Shown here in pieces: positions 12,210-25,769 of a stretch of DNA of 64,000 nucleotides. The stretch comes from Centroscyllium fabricii. Its lineage: Eukaryota. Position numbers and translations under genes: made by a program. Below the pieces are notes generated by a model. That model saw only the letters and a program-made list of their open reading frames with translations. It was not told the origin of the DNA and made no database searches. Within the stretch, counting starts at the first letter, position 1; every line of letters begins with the position of its first letter. The stretch spans positions 595,448,001-595,512,000 of the forward strand of contig JBNRSN020000001.1 of assembly GCA_051313645.2 (NCBI GenBank), written 5' to 3'.

Positions 12210-12786
12210 CTCAAGCCTCTGTACTATTTCCCTGATGTCATCTGCACAGTTTTCCATAGCAGACAGCAGGATGCATTCTCCTCTTTCATAAAAGATCTTT
12301 ATGGTCATTAATCCAGAGGTCCAGCCAATCACATCCCTACACGAGCAATTAAACACTACATTTTTAGAGTCTTGCTCTACGAGCACAATGAATTCATTGG
12401 AGATTCCGAGAAGACATTCAATATCGTTAGATTGGCCAAAGTCCCGAGCAATAACATTCCACACAATAGCTCCAAAACTGAACAGTTGCGCATCCTTCCG
12501 GGGTTTCGTCTTCTCCTTCTTCTTTGCCCCAAGCGTGATGAAGCTGAATTTCACAGAAGAGTCGACTGTTGCCGTAGTTACAAAGTTTTCTGCCAAATCC
12601 TTCAAGTACTCCTGTCTTGTTCTGGTGGCCATTGCCCGGAACTTCTCAGATTTGTGTGCTGCATTTTCTGCATTGATAACTTTGGCAAGAAGAAAGTCCC
12701 TGAAAACCGCTGATTTGGGAAAGGTGACACCTTTGGGAATAGGTGGGCCAAATGGTGGCACATCTTTAGACCTGGAGACAGCCACG
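12210..12786 (-). CDS. SIPA1L2: SIPA1L2 internal coding exon (end of RapGAP domain and following region), 577 bp
   Basis: Translation [76 protein letters not shown]...[10 protein letters not shown] matches SIPA1L2 as recalled. Acceptor ctaat...ctctttgaacacatacAG (AG at 12788-12787); donor GTAAGA at 12209. Confidence 0.93.
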
Positions 12787-13973
12787 CTGTATGTGTTCAA
12801 AGAGACACCACAATTAGATTTGTAAGAACAACTTCAAACTATAGCAGGTACAATTTGACTGTTATATAAATGAGAGGACAGAAACAAATACAAATAATAA
12901 CATGATACCACATCTATGCACATCCAAGCCCTGGTCGGTAAGGCTCAGTAGAACACAGTATGTGTCCACTGGGCAATCGCCAAATTAATACTTTACAGGT
13001 TACCAATTCAAAAGCAAATTTAATTGGATCTGGAATTTTCCCATTGGTCTCAACATAATTCATTTTTCTGCTCAACATATCTCTTAAAGGATGTATCTTG
13101 GCTTTCAAACTCCATCTTCTCCTATATACTGTAGAGCTAAAATATTTCTGCAAATACAGGGTACCTTTCATTGCTATGTACAATCTACCTTTTGTTCTTT
13201 TACCCGTTTTAATACTCTCATTAGTTATCAATGGGTGTTTGCTTAAAATGACTGCCAGAGCCTTCAAGCTAAATTTGACCTCCTTATACAGCCATGGTGC
13301 TTAGTGTTGCTATTTTCCCCTTTTATTTTATTGGGATATACTTCCTTTCCTTCAATGCATCTTGGAAAAAAAATCAATTATTCTCCAGCTTTAATTTTCT
13401 TTTATTGTTTCTCACTTAATGCTCCCTAAAGCTGTTCTCACAACTATGCTCCATGTGGATGGGTTATTTTTGGCCTTAGCCTTTCATTACAATAACAAAC
13501 TTAACCATAAAATGATTACTATAACTGCAATTTTTATCCACTTGGAGGTCACTGGTCAGTTCTGTTAAGAGTCCAAGATTAACACTTCCTGTACAATTGC
13601 ATCAGCAGGTTACGATCTCCTGATCATTTTGAGAGGCTAACCAATAGCAAATTAATAATTGGCCAAATGCTAACTAAAATGACTAATTCCCAACAATCCT
13701 GCCCTGCCTCCTATATTATTAATATTCTATATACCTTAGGTTTCACTGCGTCTATTTTCTGCTGGCAGCCTAGTTTCACGACGTCACCAACAGCAAAGCA
13801 CGATGGGCACTGGGTTACCAAATTAACAGTGCAGAATGACAGGCACTCTTGTTGACGGGACCCTTGAGAAATGCTGGCATTTTTTATGTGAAATGTCACT
13901 GTAGTGGCAGCTACAGAACAGCTAGTTACTAAAAGAGAAACCAGTCTTCAAATTCATGCAGAGCCATGGTGGA

Positions 13974-14026
13974 GGGGGGGGGGAGGGGGGGGGGGGGGGG
14001 AGGGGGGGAGGGGGGGAGGGGGGGGG
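13974..14026 (+). repeat. Poly-G/GA purine tract
   Basis: About 50 nt almost entirely G. Confidence 0.9.
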
Positions 14027-14189
14027 AGAAGAGAAAGTATCTATTATTTTTCAGGACCCTCTGATCATTTTTCATTTTTCTTTTGCTTTTGTAAAATCTC
14101 ACACCTGTTCTCCCCACTAGTTTTCACCTCTCCTGAAGGCACCGACTCTGGTACCATTTTATACGTGGCGGCCACAACTCTGGTACCTT

Positions 14190-17100
14190 TGTGGGGAACT
14201 GAAGGTTTCCCACTTTTAAATATCGAAGAATGAAAGGTAAACAGCGGAGTAAACTGGAACATGTCTTTATTCAACAACTACACGAACTAACTCTTTGTGG
14301 CGCGAAACGGCAGGAAACCACGTGACCCGTGAGTGACAGTGCTATGGGCCTATTAGGTTCCGTGCCCGTTGATTCTATGGGCCAATGTGGCAACGGGGGC
14401 GGGACCAACCTACCAAAGAGGATTCTGTCTTAAAGCGAGGTCGGCTGTCCCAGGCTACTGCCTTAAAGGGAGACAGGCGTGCCTCCCTGGGTAGTTACGC
14501 TATACACGCCCCCCCCAGAATCCTCAAACACGTTGTATGTTAACTGCCGAGGAGGGACGACGCGGCGACTGGAGCGGGTGTGGTAAGGCGCACGTGCGGA
14601 GGGCGAGACAAGAGGGTTGTCAACTGGACTGGGCGACCACGGTGCTGCAGGGGCCGGGGGAGGGGAGGCAGGCGGATCGCCCGCGGGACTGAAAGACGAT
14701 GGTGCCGTAGGTGCCCGAGGAGGCGAGGTTGGAGGCGAGGCGGGGAGAGGAGCCGCACCCGGGGGCGTGACAACTAAGGTGTCAACCGGGGGCTCGCGAA
14801 AGAAAAAGACGGGCTCCTGATTAGGAGCGGGGAAATGATGCTCCTGTGAGGTGGGGTCCAAATGAGCCGGTTTGAGGCGGTCAATGGACACACAGTCCTG
14901 CCGGCCCCCGACCTCAAGGAGAAAAAACTTGTCCCCAGCCTGCTAAACTCGAAAAGGGCCCGTGTACGGTGCCTGTAAAGGCGATCTGTGGGCGTCACGA
15001 CACAGAAAGACAAATTGAGCCCGGTGGAGCTCGGTGGGGACATGAGACGGTTGCGCGCCATGCCGAGAGGTAGGCAACAGGAGGAAACAAAGCGCTGCGT
15101 CATTGTGCTGGGCAAGTTGCTCCCTGGCGGACCAGTGTTCAGTGGTGGAGGGGAGAAATTCCCCAGGGATGCGTAGGGGCTGTCCAAAAACAAGTTCGGC
15201 AGACAAAGTGCCGAGGTCGTCTTTGGGGGGCCGAGCCCAGGCCAAGCAAGACCCAAGGGAGCCTGTCTAGCCAATTAGCATCGACCAGGCTAGCCCTGAG
15301 CGAGGCCTTGAGGGCGCGGTGAAAGCGTTCACAAATGCCGTTGGCCTGCGGGTGATATGCAGTGGTGCGGTGCACCTGTGTGCCCAAGTTGGTGGCCACG
15401 GCATTCCAGAGCTGGGAAGTGAATTGCGGGCCCCTGTCAGAAGTAATGTCCGACGGTACGCCGAACTGGGCTACCCAAGAGAAAATGAAGGCACTTGCCA
15501 CGTCGGCTGCCGTGGTGGAGGCTAAGGGGACAACCTCTGCCCACCTCGTAGTGCGGTCGCCGACCAAAGAAGATGGGTAAAACCCTGCGACGGGGGCAAT
15601 GGGCCGACCAGGTCCACGTGGACATGGTCGAAGCGCCGTTCAGGTACAGAAAAATCGTGCAAAGGGGCCTTAGTGTGTTTATGAACGTTGGCGCGCTGAC
15701 AGGCTTGACAAGTGTTGGTCCAGTCACGCACATTCTTGTGTAACCCGGGCCAAACAAATGTGGTTGACATGAGCTTCTGTGAAGCTCGCATACCAGGGTG
15801 TGAGAGACCGTGGACCAAGTCAAAAATGCGTCTACGCCAGGAGGCGGGTACTAAGGGCGTAGGTGTGGGCACGGACACGTGTCACAAAAGTGTGGTGCCT
15901 GCAGTGTGAAAATGGACATCAGCTAACTTGAGGCTGGTGGATGCGGAACGGAGAACTTGCAGATCCGCGTCCTGCCGCTGAACATGTGCCATTTCGGCGT
16001 AGTCGACGTGCACGTGCACTGCCTGTAGGGAAGGACGTGAGAGGCAGTCTGCCACGACATTGGCCTTGCCGGACACGTGGCGGATATCAGTGGTGAATTC
16101 TGACACGAAGTTTAAATGACGCTGTTGGCGTCCGGACCAAAGCTCTGCAACCTTGGACATCGCGCAAGTGAGGGGCTTATGGTCTACATAGGCTGTAAAA
16201 GGACGACCCAAAGCAGAAATGGCGCACAGCGAGAAAAAGAGCTAACAGTTCCCTGTCAAAGGTACTGTATGAGAGTTCATTTTTCCTCAACTGCCGGCTA
16301 AAAAAGGCTAGGGGCTGCCAACAACCGTCCACCCACTGCTGCTGAACTGCGCCAATTGCGTAATTGGAGGCATCCATTGTCAGTGATAGTGGGGCGTCAG
16401 GAACGGGGTGAACCAGTAAGGTGGCCTCCAACAGGGCCGCCTTAGCCAGGCAGAAAGCCTGAACCATGTCGGCGGACCACTGGAGAGGATCCTTCCCGGT
16501 CTTACCCCTAGTAGCCTCATAAAGGGGGCGCGCGATGGAGGCTGCCCGGGGAATAAACCTGTGGTAGAAATTAACCATCCCCAGGAATTCCTGGAGGGAC
16601 TTAACCACCTTAGGTTGGGGGAAATCCGCAACCGCCTGTACCTTGGAGCGCATGGGAGATATGGTGTCCCAGGAAATCGATTGTAGGGAGGCCGAATTGG
16701 CACTTGGTAGGTTTGACAATCAGGCCATGCTGGGCCAATCGTTGGAAGAGAGAGCGCAGGTGTAGCACATGTTGAGACTCGCTCGAGCTTGCAATTAAAA
16801 TATCGTCCAGGTATACAAACAAAAAATCTAAGTCTCTCAACACAGTGTCCATCAGTCGCTGAAAAGCTTGCGCTGCGTTCTTCAATCCAAAAGGCATGCG
16901 TAGAAACTCGTACAGTCCAAATGGTGTAATGACAGCGGTTTTTTGGACGTCATCAGGGTGGACGGGAACTTGGTGGTACCCTCGCACGAGGTCAACCTTG
17001 CAAAAAATGGTGGTGCCAGCCAAACGGGCCGAGAAATCCTGGATGTGGGGTACTGGGTACCTGTCCGGTGTGGTAGCCTCATTGAGGCGTTGATAGTCCC

Positions 17101-18825
17101 CGCACGGTCGCCAACGTCCTCCGGGCTTGGGGACAATATGGAGCGGGGATGACCACGGGCTGTTGGAGGGCCTAACGATGCCCAACTTCTGCATTGCCGA
17201 AAATTCCTGTTTGGCTGCGGCCAACTTGGTAGGGTCGAGGCATCTGGCTCGTGCGAAGACTGGCAGACCGGTGGTCGAAATATGGTGCAGAACGCCGTGC
17301 TTAGTAGCTCCTTCTGAGAAAGTTGGTTGATGATGACGGGAAATTGGGCCAGGAGGCTTGTGTACTTATCGCTGGGTGGCGGGGAGCAGGAGCTCACGAG
17401 CGGGCCATCGCTACTCTGACAGGGGAGTGATGCAAAAGTGGATGCATCCATCAGGCGCTTGCCGCGGACGTCGACCAATAGGCCGTGTGCACAGAGGAAG
17501 TCCGCCCCCAATAATGGGTGTGCAACATTTGCAATAACGAAGTCCCATGTGAAGCGTTGTTCGCCTAGCATAATTTCTGCCCGCATCTTGCCGAACGTGG
17601 CGATGGACGTGCCGTTGACTGCAACGAGGGGTGGGTCCGTGTGGCCAGACCGTCGTTCGGTACGCGTTTCCGGTAAAATGCTAAGTTGGGCCCCAGTGTC
17701 GCAGAGAAATTTGCGATTTGATAAAACGTCGGAGACGTAGAGTAGGCGGCCTACTGTGCCTATGGCATTAGCAGCAGCTGGACCCTGGCGACGTTGCGGT
17801 TTGGGAGAGCGTGGTTTAGGTCGGCTCTCCTTGTTGTCGAAGGCACAGGGTGGTCGACAGCGGTTGGCCTTCGCGCCGAAGCGCGCGTGATAGCAGAGCT
17901 CTGGTTGCGGGCGGGGCGTTGGCTGCTGTGCAGGAGTTGAGGGCTTCGCGGTGGCACACTTGGAGGGCGCGCATTGACATACCCGATCAGCTGCGGCTGC
18001 CAGTTCTGCATAGTCATCGGTGTGCACGTTTGCCAATGCAGATTGCACGGGTTGGGGCAGGCGGCGGACGAAGAGTGCCCGGAATAAAGGGCAGTTTCTG
18101 TGGTCGCCCAGTAGGGCGAGCATACGGTTCATCAACCGCGTGGGCGAAGAATCGCCTAACATCGGGAGTTCCAGTAGTTGTCGGGCCCGAATGGCCTCAG
18201 GTAGGTCGTGGGCCTGCAACAAATGTTTTTTTAAGGGCGGCGTACCTGTCAGCTGCTGGCGGGTCTCAAAGCAGGTCGATGATGTCGGCAGCCACATGAC
18301 TCGGTAGGGCCGCAACGGTGAGAAAGTATTGATCCTCATCGTCCGCGATGTGTTTAATCCGAAACTGCGCCTCTGTATTGACGAACCAGGCTGTTGCCTG
18401 GTTTTCCCAAAAGGTTGGGAGGCTTGCATTCGACGGCCGTTCTTGTTGCCTGGCCGCGGAGCGCGCGTTCTGGGCAGCTACTTCTTCATCTGCCATTCGG
18501 GGTCACTAATTGTGGGGAACTGAAGGTTTCCCACTTTTAAATATCGAAGAATGAGAGGTAAACAGCGGAGTAAACTGGAAGTCTTTATTCATCAACAACT
18601 ACACGAACTAACTCTTTGTGGCGCGAAATGGCAGGAAACCATGTGACCCGTGAGTGACAGCGCTAAGGGCCAATCAGGTTCCGTGCCCGTTGATTCTATG
18701 GGCCAATGTGGCAACGGGGGCGGGACCAACCTACCAAAGAGGATTCTGTCTTAAAGCGAGGTCGGCTGTCCCAGGCTACTGCCTTAAAGGGAGGCAGGCG
18801 TGCCTCCCTGGGTAGTTACGCTACA
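14190..18825 (-). mobile_element. Gypsy LTR retrotransposon B (CsRn1/Kabuki-like), full length; 5' LTR 18511-18825, 3' LTR 14190-14504; TSD CCTT
   Basis: 315-bp direct repeats; CCTT on both flanks. tRNA-Trp-type PBS T(A)GTGACCCCGA follows the 5' LTR; PPT is tggggggggcgtg. Gag LPTFW..AWF..EAQF and a CHCC-type box CYHARFGAKANRCRPPC. Confidence 0.95.
14540..18496 (-). pseudogene. gag-pol of Gypsy B, multiple frameshifts
   Basis: LCDTGA protease; VDLVRGYHQ and YLDD RT; MDASNY RNase H; HGLSHPG..CQAC, SDRGPQF and NGICER integrase, spread across about 8 ORF fragments. Confidence 0.9.
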
Positions 18826-18876
18826 CCTTCTTAAAGTCCCTATTTTATGAGCAGGCTGGACAGCAAGTATTAGCAG

Positions 18877-19084
18877 GCTATTTTCCTGATTTTTTCTCCC
18901 AAATTGGCTACTGGGTTTCTTATCTGGTTTTTCGCCTCTCCCAGGTGATCACATGGGTTTGGGCGGGGTGGAGAGTAAAAATAAAATTGAGGTTAGGATC
19001 AGATCAGCCATGATCTTGTTAAATGGCGGAGCAGGCTCGAGGGGCCGATTGGCCTACTCCTGCTCCTATTTCTTATGTTCTTAT
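18877..19084 (+). mobile_element. 5'-truncated CR1 3' UTR, same subfamily as the full-length copy at 46931-51885
   Basis: Near-identical to about 51680-51887. Confidence 0.85.
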
Positions 19085-20391
19085 TCTCCCACATGGTGTA
19101 GCACAGCTAAGACCAATTCTGTCCTCAGCAAACATCCCTCCCAAACAACCTTTAAGCACACAATACAAAAGGGCTCATCTCCCAAAATGTTCTCTGTTCT
19201 AGTTTGGGGAAGAACACAAATCCTGCCAACAAAATATGAAGTTTTAACAAGTTGAATGAGACACAGCTTCAGAAAAGGAATATTTGGTGTGTTTTTTTAA
19301 CTGTGGGAATCACAATTAAACCCACTGCTGTACTGGGCGGTACACTATAACCAATTCGGGTCAACAAGGTGACCAGTTCAGGATATAATCACAGACATTT
19401 CCAGGAAAACCAGTCCCAACTGACGTCAATTAGGACCCGCAATTGGCTTAAATTGAGCCTTTCGTAATGTATCCGCTCAGAACGCATAACCAAACTACTT
19501 TTTCACCATTAGCAGTGATGTTATATTACAGCAACATGAATAATGGCTCATTCTTTATAAGTGGACTGCGCACTTTTAGAAGCGGAGGCATTGGTTTTAA
19601 AGATCACTTAATTTAGCACTAAATCAATGACCATTGGAAACAAAGAGAAAAAAATGCACTGCAACTAACTCAATGGCTTTCAGCTCGGGCAAGATTCATT
19701 TCCAATTAAGCAAGTTAGATGATGGTGAACATGGTCCCTCAGTAGGATATAGATCACAGGAATTAATTATGCCTTCAGCACCCTGATCAAATTGCACAGT
19801 GTATAAATGCAATGCACCATGGACTGATAAAAGACTAATTTGGTACTCAGCTCCCCACATGAGGAGGGAAGGAGAGAGATTTCCTCTGTACTACTTGTAG
19901 TGTAATCATGAAACTAGCAGTGGGCTAACAACTTTGTTGCACGTAACACATCGAGGAAAACCACCCCCTTGGTAAATTCCACTAAGATTAGCAATAGGTT
20001 CAGAGGATGGAGGCCATTTGGCCCATCAAGCTCATCCTTCATATAAACCTGCAATCCCCACCATCAGAGCATCTAAATGCCTCGAATTACTCTGGGAACT
20101 TTGCTTCCATGACCCCATTGAGAAGACCAGTCCAGGAACTGATCATTCTTGACATGAAGAAATGTGTCCCAACATTAGTCCTGAACTTGTCTTTTACCAG
20201 TTTGTGCCTACATTCCCTTGTCATGCAATCATTGCTTATATTGAAACAGCGCTAAGGATAAACCCTTTCATTTCCCTCCTTTCAAAACTCAGTCCTTTAC
20301 CGACCAATTCCGTGGCTCTTCTCTGCACCATTTTTAGGGCTTGGATGTTTCCCAGTCTCAGTGACACAAACTTGAGATGCGGCTGACCAGA

Positions 20392-21775
20392 GTATAAGAA
20401 CATAAGAAATAGGAGCAAGAATAGACCATTTGGCCCTTTGAGCCTGCTCCGTCATTCAATAAGATCATGGCTGATCTTCTGCCTCATCTCCACTTTCCTG
20501 AACCATCCCGGTAGCCCTTGATTCCCTTAATATTCAAAAATCTATCGATCTCTGTCTTGAATATACTCGACGACAGCCTCCACAGCTCTCTGGGGTAGAG
20601 AATTCTAAAGATTCACCACCATCTGAGTGAAGAAATTTCTCTTCACCTCAGTCCTAAATGGCCGACCCCTTATTTTGAGACTGTGACCCCTGGTTCTAGA
20701 CTCCCCAGCCCAGGGGAAACATCCTCCCTGCATCTACCCTGTCAAACCCTGTAAGAATTTTGTATGTTTCAATGAGATCACCTCTTGTTCTTCTAAACTC
20801 GAGAAAATATAGGCCTAGTCTACTCAATCTCTCCTCATAGGACAATCACCCCATCCCAGGAACCAGTCTGGTGAACCTTCATTGCACGCCCTCTGTAGCA
20901 AGTACCTGTATATCCTTCCTTAGGTAAGGAGACCAAAACTGTACACAATACTCCAGGTGTGGTCTCACCAGGGCCCTATAGAATTACAGTGAGACATTTT
21001 TACCCTTATACTCAAATCCTCTTGTAATAAAGGCCAACATACCATTTGCTTTCCGAATTGCTTGCTGTACCCGCATGTTAACTTTGTGATTTATGTACAA
21101 GGACACCCAGGTCCCTCTGAACACCAACATTTCCCAATCTCCCACCATTTAAAAAATACTCTGCTTTTCTATTTTTCCTACCAAAGTGGACAACTTCACA
21201 CTTCTCCACATTATATTCCATTTGCCATGTTCTTGCCCACTCACTTAGCCTGTCTTTACCCCCTTGAAGCCTCCTTGCATCCTCCTCACAACTTACATTC
21301 CCACCCAGCTTTGTATCATCAGCAAACTTGGATATATTACAATTGGTCCCCTCATCCAAATCATTGATGTAGATTGTGAATAGCTGAGGCCCAAGCACGG
21401 ATCCTTGCTGTACCCCACTAGTTACAGCCTGCCAACCCAAAAATGACCTGTTTATTCCTACTCTGTTTTCTGTCCGTTAACCAATCCTCAATCCATGCTA
21501 GTATATTATCCTCAATCCCATGAGCCCTAATTTTGTTTAATAATCTCTTGTGTGGCACTTTATCAAATGTCTTCTGAAAATCCAAATGCACCGCATCCAC
21601 TGGTTCCCCCTTATCTATTCTGCTAGTTACAACCTCAAACAACTGAAAGATTCGTCAAACACGATTTCCCTTTCATAAATCCGTGTTGACTCTGCCCAAA
21701 TCTAATATTTTCTAAGTGCCCTGTTACCACATCCTTAATAATAGATTCTAGCATTTTCCCTCCTCCTGATGTCAG
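20392..21775 (-). mobile_element. CR1 LINE fragment nested in an older degenerate CR1-like element (about 20000-22890)
   Basis: RT motifs in ORFs 21078..21440 and 21418..21642; (ttcttatg)n tail at 20392. Confidence 0.85.
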
Positions 21776-22213
21776 CTTTGTATTGGCATGATTGCCTCAG
21801 ACTTACATGAGCAAATTCACTGATGCCCCATTCATGGGACCATAAATCAAAGATCAGGCTACAGTCTTGTCATTCTATATCAACCCACACTCCCTTTAAG
21901 TGCATCGGATCAGTAAATTTACCCTGTAATCTACTGACTTGGCAATATAAAACTCAGCATCTGATTACTGCTCTACAATGACTGGACATGGTCAGGATTC
22001 AGTCTACCCTAACTCCCAAAGCTCTTTTACCTGGTCTCCAAGATAGTTCAACACCATTATTAAGCATGTTCAGCATGTTTTTCTTCCAATGTGCAAGTCC
22101 TTGTTCTTGTATCTGTATTAAATGTCATCTGCCATTGATCTATCCATTTGCAAATATTGCCGAGGTCCTTCTCCAACACCTAGGCTGCTTCAGCATACTC
22201 TACTGAGCTAGTA

Positions 22214-22784
22214 CAGGTTGAAGTTCATTAATCCGGCAGGGTCAGGACCAGCACCCTGCCGGATTGTTGAAAACGGCGAATTATTGAAGTCACGGTGGCG
22301 TATGCGCAGAACATTCAAAATGGGCAACGCAAAATTTTCAATGCTCTGCGCATGCGCTCGCCGGTACCTGGCAGTTGATTTTCGGCCCAAGGGTCGGGTG
22401 GAACTCGCACTCGATTCTGCTGAGGCCCAATGCGCGGCTCAAGCCCGGCTCACGTGACGCCACCGCACGCCAGCTTCGGAACGCGGTGACGTCAGCACGC
22501 CAGGCAGGAGCCTCCGGCAGCGATGGGCACCGAGAATTGCCTGTATCACGTCCTGCGAAAGGCAGCTGGCACAACAGCTCATCTTCTGGGCCTGGGATTC
22601 ACCATCGGCATCGGGGTGGTCACTAAGCCGGGATCCAGTGAGTATATGTTAGGTGAAAGGGAAGCCCAGCCCCGACGGCGGCCATTTTGAATTGTCTGCG
22701 CATGCGCCGGGCTGTCGGGAAAATCTGGGCCGAACGACTGAAGCTGCCGGTTTTTCTGGTGCCGGATTAATGAACTTCAACCTG
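22214..22784. mobile_element. Tc1/mariner-pogo type MITE, 25-bp perfect TIR, TA TSD
   Basis: ta|CAGGTTGAAGTTCATTAATCCGGCA ... TGCCGGATTAATGAACTTCAACCTG|ta. Confidence 0.9.
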
Positions 22785-22892
22785 TACTCATCTGTGAATT
22801 TAACCAATTTACATTGAGTTTCCAAATCCAGATCATTTGCATAAATTAGAAATAGCAGCACTAATCCCAGGGCACCCTGCTAAGTGCAACTA

Positions 22893-23480
22893 GAATCTTA
22901 GAATCACAGAAATTTAGGGCACAGAAGGAGGCCATTCAGCCCATTGTGTCTGTGCCAGCTGAAAAAGAGCTAGCCAGCCTAATTCTACTTTTCAGCTCTT
23001 GGTCCTCAGCCTTCCAGGTTGCTGCACTTTAACTGCATATCCAAGTACTTTTTTAAATGCGATGAGGGTTTGTGTCTATACCACCCTATTACTTTAAATC
23101 CTTACCGCCTGGTTGTTGACTTCTCTGCCAAGGGAAATAGGTCCTTCCTATCCACTATCTAGGCCCCTCACAATTTTATACAGCTCAATCAAGCCTCCCC
23201 TCAGCCTCCTCTGTTTCAAAGAAAACAAGTTCAGCCAATCCAATTTTCTCTCAGCTAAAATTCTCCAGTCCTGCCAACATCCTTGTAAATCTCCTCTGTA
23301 CCCTCTCTAGTACAAACACATCTTCTCTGTAATGTGGTGACCAGAACTGCACACAGGACTCTAGCTGTGGCCTAACTAGTGTTTCATACAGTTCAAGCAT
23401 AACCTCCCTGCTCTTATATTCTATGCCTCAGCTAATTAAAAAAATCCCGTATGTCTTCTTAACCACCTTATCTATCTGAT
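22893..23480 (-). mobile_element. CR1 LINE 3' fragment (older subfamily)
   Basis: Antisense of VRPQLESCVQFWSPHY and a CR1 tail. Confidence 0.75.
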
Positions 23481-25192
23481 CTTAACTTCCAGCACTGATC
23501 CCATGGCACTTTACTAGAATTCACTGTTAGACTGATCTTTCTGTTGGCACATCTTTTACTTATCACTTCCGAGAATAAACCAGTCTTCTTGAATTACTTT
23601 TGCTCCCTTCATACTATGTATTTCCAGTCAGCCTATCTGGTTGGAAAGCTTATCCTGACCCATGGAGTCTACTTCCTTTATCTTCCAGGAATCTCTGACA
23701 TAGAGCTCCTCCACCTCCTTTGCTGTTGAGATCCAAATTACATCATAGTTCCCAATTGCCACAACAGCCGTGAGCTCATTGACCTTATTGTGAACGTTTT
23801 AAAACAAATTTTTATGCTCTATTTACCTACAGGGACAGCGGTGCCAATCAGTTTAGATACAGCCCATCCCATCCAAACAGCTTCACTCGATCAAAATCCT
23901 GGAACTCCCTCCCTAACAGCACTGTGGGAGTACATTCACCACACGGACTGCAGTGGTTCAAGAAGGCAGCACACCACCACCTTCTCAAGGGCAATTAGGG
24001 ATGGGCCAGCGGCGCCCACATCCCATGAACTAAAAAGCTCTGCTTCAGAACTTTACTCAATGTCCTCGGGATCCAAGACACCTCCTCCCTACTGCTTTAT
24101 CTCCAGCCACATCTTGATGCATCGAATCAGTTTCTGCTGAATTGGTTCAATGTATGGAGTAATCCTGCAGTTACTGGAAGTCTGCACTTCAATTTAGAAC
24201 CCATCAAACTCTTCTCAGCAACACATCCGTTCTACTTCCAGGACACTGGCTCTTACACGGAGCACAACTTCTGGCTGTTTTCCTTCTTTTGACATTCATC
24301 GCTCAAATATATCTGCCACATTAGAGACCAGCCTTTGTCAACTCAGACAAAATATATGGCAAGCTATTAGCTGTAAAATACTAGACATCTAATCATAGAA
24401 TTACGTTACATAGTATTTACAGCACAGAAACAGGCTATTCAGCCCAAATGCCGGTGTTTGTGCTCCACGCGAGTCTCCTCCCAACTTACTTCAACTCACC
24501 CTATCAGCATATCCTTCTATTCCTTTCTCCCTCATCTGTTTATCCATCTTCCCCCTTAAATGCATCTCTGCTATTCGTCTCAACTACTCCTTGTGGTAGC
24601 GAGATCCACATTCTCACTATCTTCTATTTATGGCCCTTAATTTTGGTCTCCCCCCCCCCCCCCAAAGTGAAAACATCATCTCTATATATACCCCCATCGA
24701 ACCCCTATCAGGTCACTCCTCAGTCTTCTCTCTTCTAGATAAAGGAGCCCCAGCCTGTTCAATCTTTCCTGATAGCTGTAGCCTCTTAGTGCAAAAAAGA
24801 TTTACAAGGATGATGCCAGGATCTGGCACACTAGGCATAAAAAGTGCAGCCCGTCAGCTCATCGAGTTGTGAACCAGTAATGATGATAGATGTAGCGAAG
24901 TCTGCGGTCAAGATCATTTTGCCCTCGGCTGAAAAAGAAAACATGATGACGGGATTCAGAAGAAATACTTGGTTAAATGAAGTGTCTTGTGCTCACAGGG
25001 AAGCGACACAGCGAATTTCTTGAGCGGTTGACTGATTGTGAAGCAGCATTTGCAGCCTAATACATACTTGTAACTTCAAGACCAATGTGCAGGAGAAAAG
25101 CTCCATTGGGGAAAATACAGATGGTGAAAGAAGAGTTTAAAAACACTTCAGTAATAGATCCAAAAGCAACAGCATGGATGTTGATCGCTTAC

Positions 25193-25350
25193 CTGTAGCA
25201 GACATTCTCTGTACATGGATTATGAACTCTGACAATGACAAAAACATGTTGGAAGTGAGAGCGGATGTTTCTGGGAGTGAAAGGAAGTGCTCCAGGCTCT
25301 TGAAAGACAATTGTGACAATGTCATTTCCTATGTGTCTCTTCCTTAAGAG
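25193..25350 (-). CDS. SIPA1L2: SIPA1L2 preceding coding exon (RapGAP catalytic region), 158 bp; not in the ORF track
   Basis: The reverse complement reads cttccctAG|[54 protein letters not shown]|GTAAGC and contains the RapGAP KRHIGND motif. The terminal AG plus the first C of the 12786 exon forms Ser, so the phases match. Confidence 0.93.
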
Positions 25351-25769
25351 CTAGGGAAGTACAGAAACAGAGGTCCAGTTAGCCAGGTTTGAACGACAGA
25401 TTCGCTGTCGTCTATAACTACTGCATCCAGTTAATAATCTCTCCAAAACTCTCCAAATATGATTAATGCTTGAAATTAGTTCATTATCTTCATAGGTAAA
25501 TAAATCAGTTAATATCCTTTCTTCATTTTGTGTCACATTTCTTTCATTAGTAAAACAGAAGTAAGTTGCAAATGTATCATTGTTGAAGCGGATTTTACCA
25601 GTTGAATGGGAAATATTTCCCCTTTCCCTTTTTTACAAAGTGCCGAGTTCTAAAACTAAATTCAAAAATCAAAATATATGACTGAGCAGGGGACTGAGAT
25701 ACTTGAGCTATTTCACAGACAATGTCTGTCAAATGGTTTTTAAACCGAGTCCACAATAATTCTTTAACT

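Noticed and set aside
12090-12800. 236-aa ORF as a stand-alone gene
   Set aside because: It is a spliced SIPA1L2 exon; the ORF ends extend into intron beyond the AG and GT sites.
13974-14026. G-quadruplex regulatory element
   Set aside because: A simple poly-G tract prone to sequencing error, with no supporting context.
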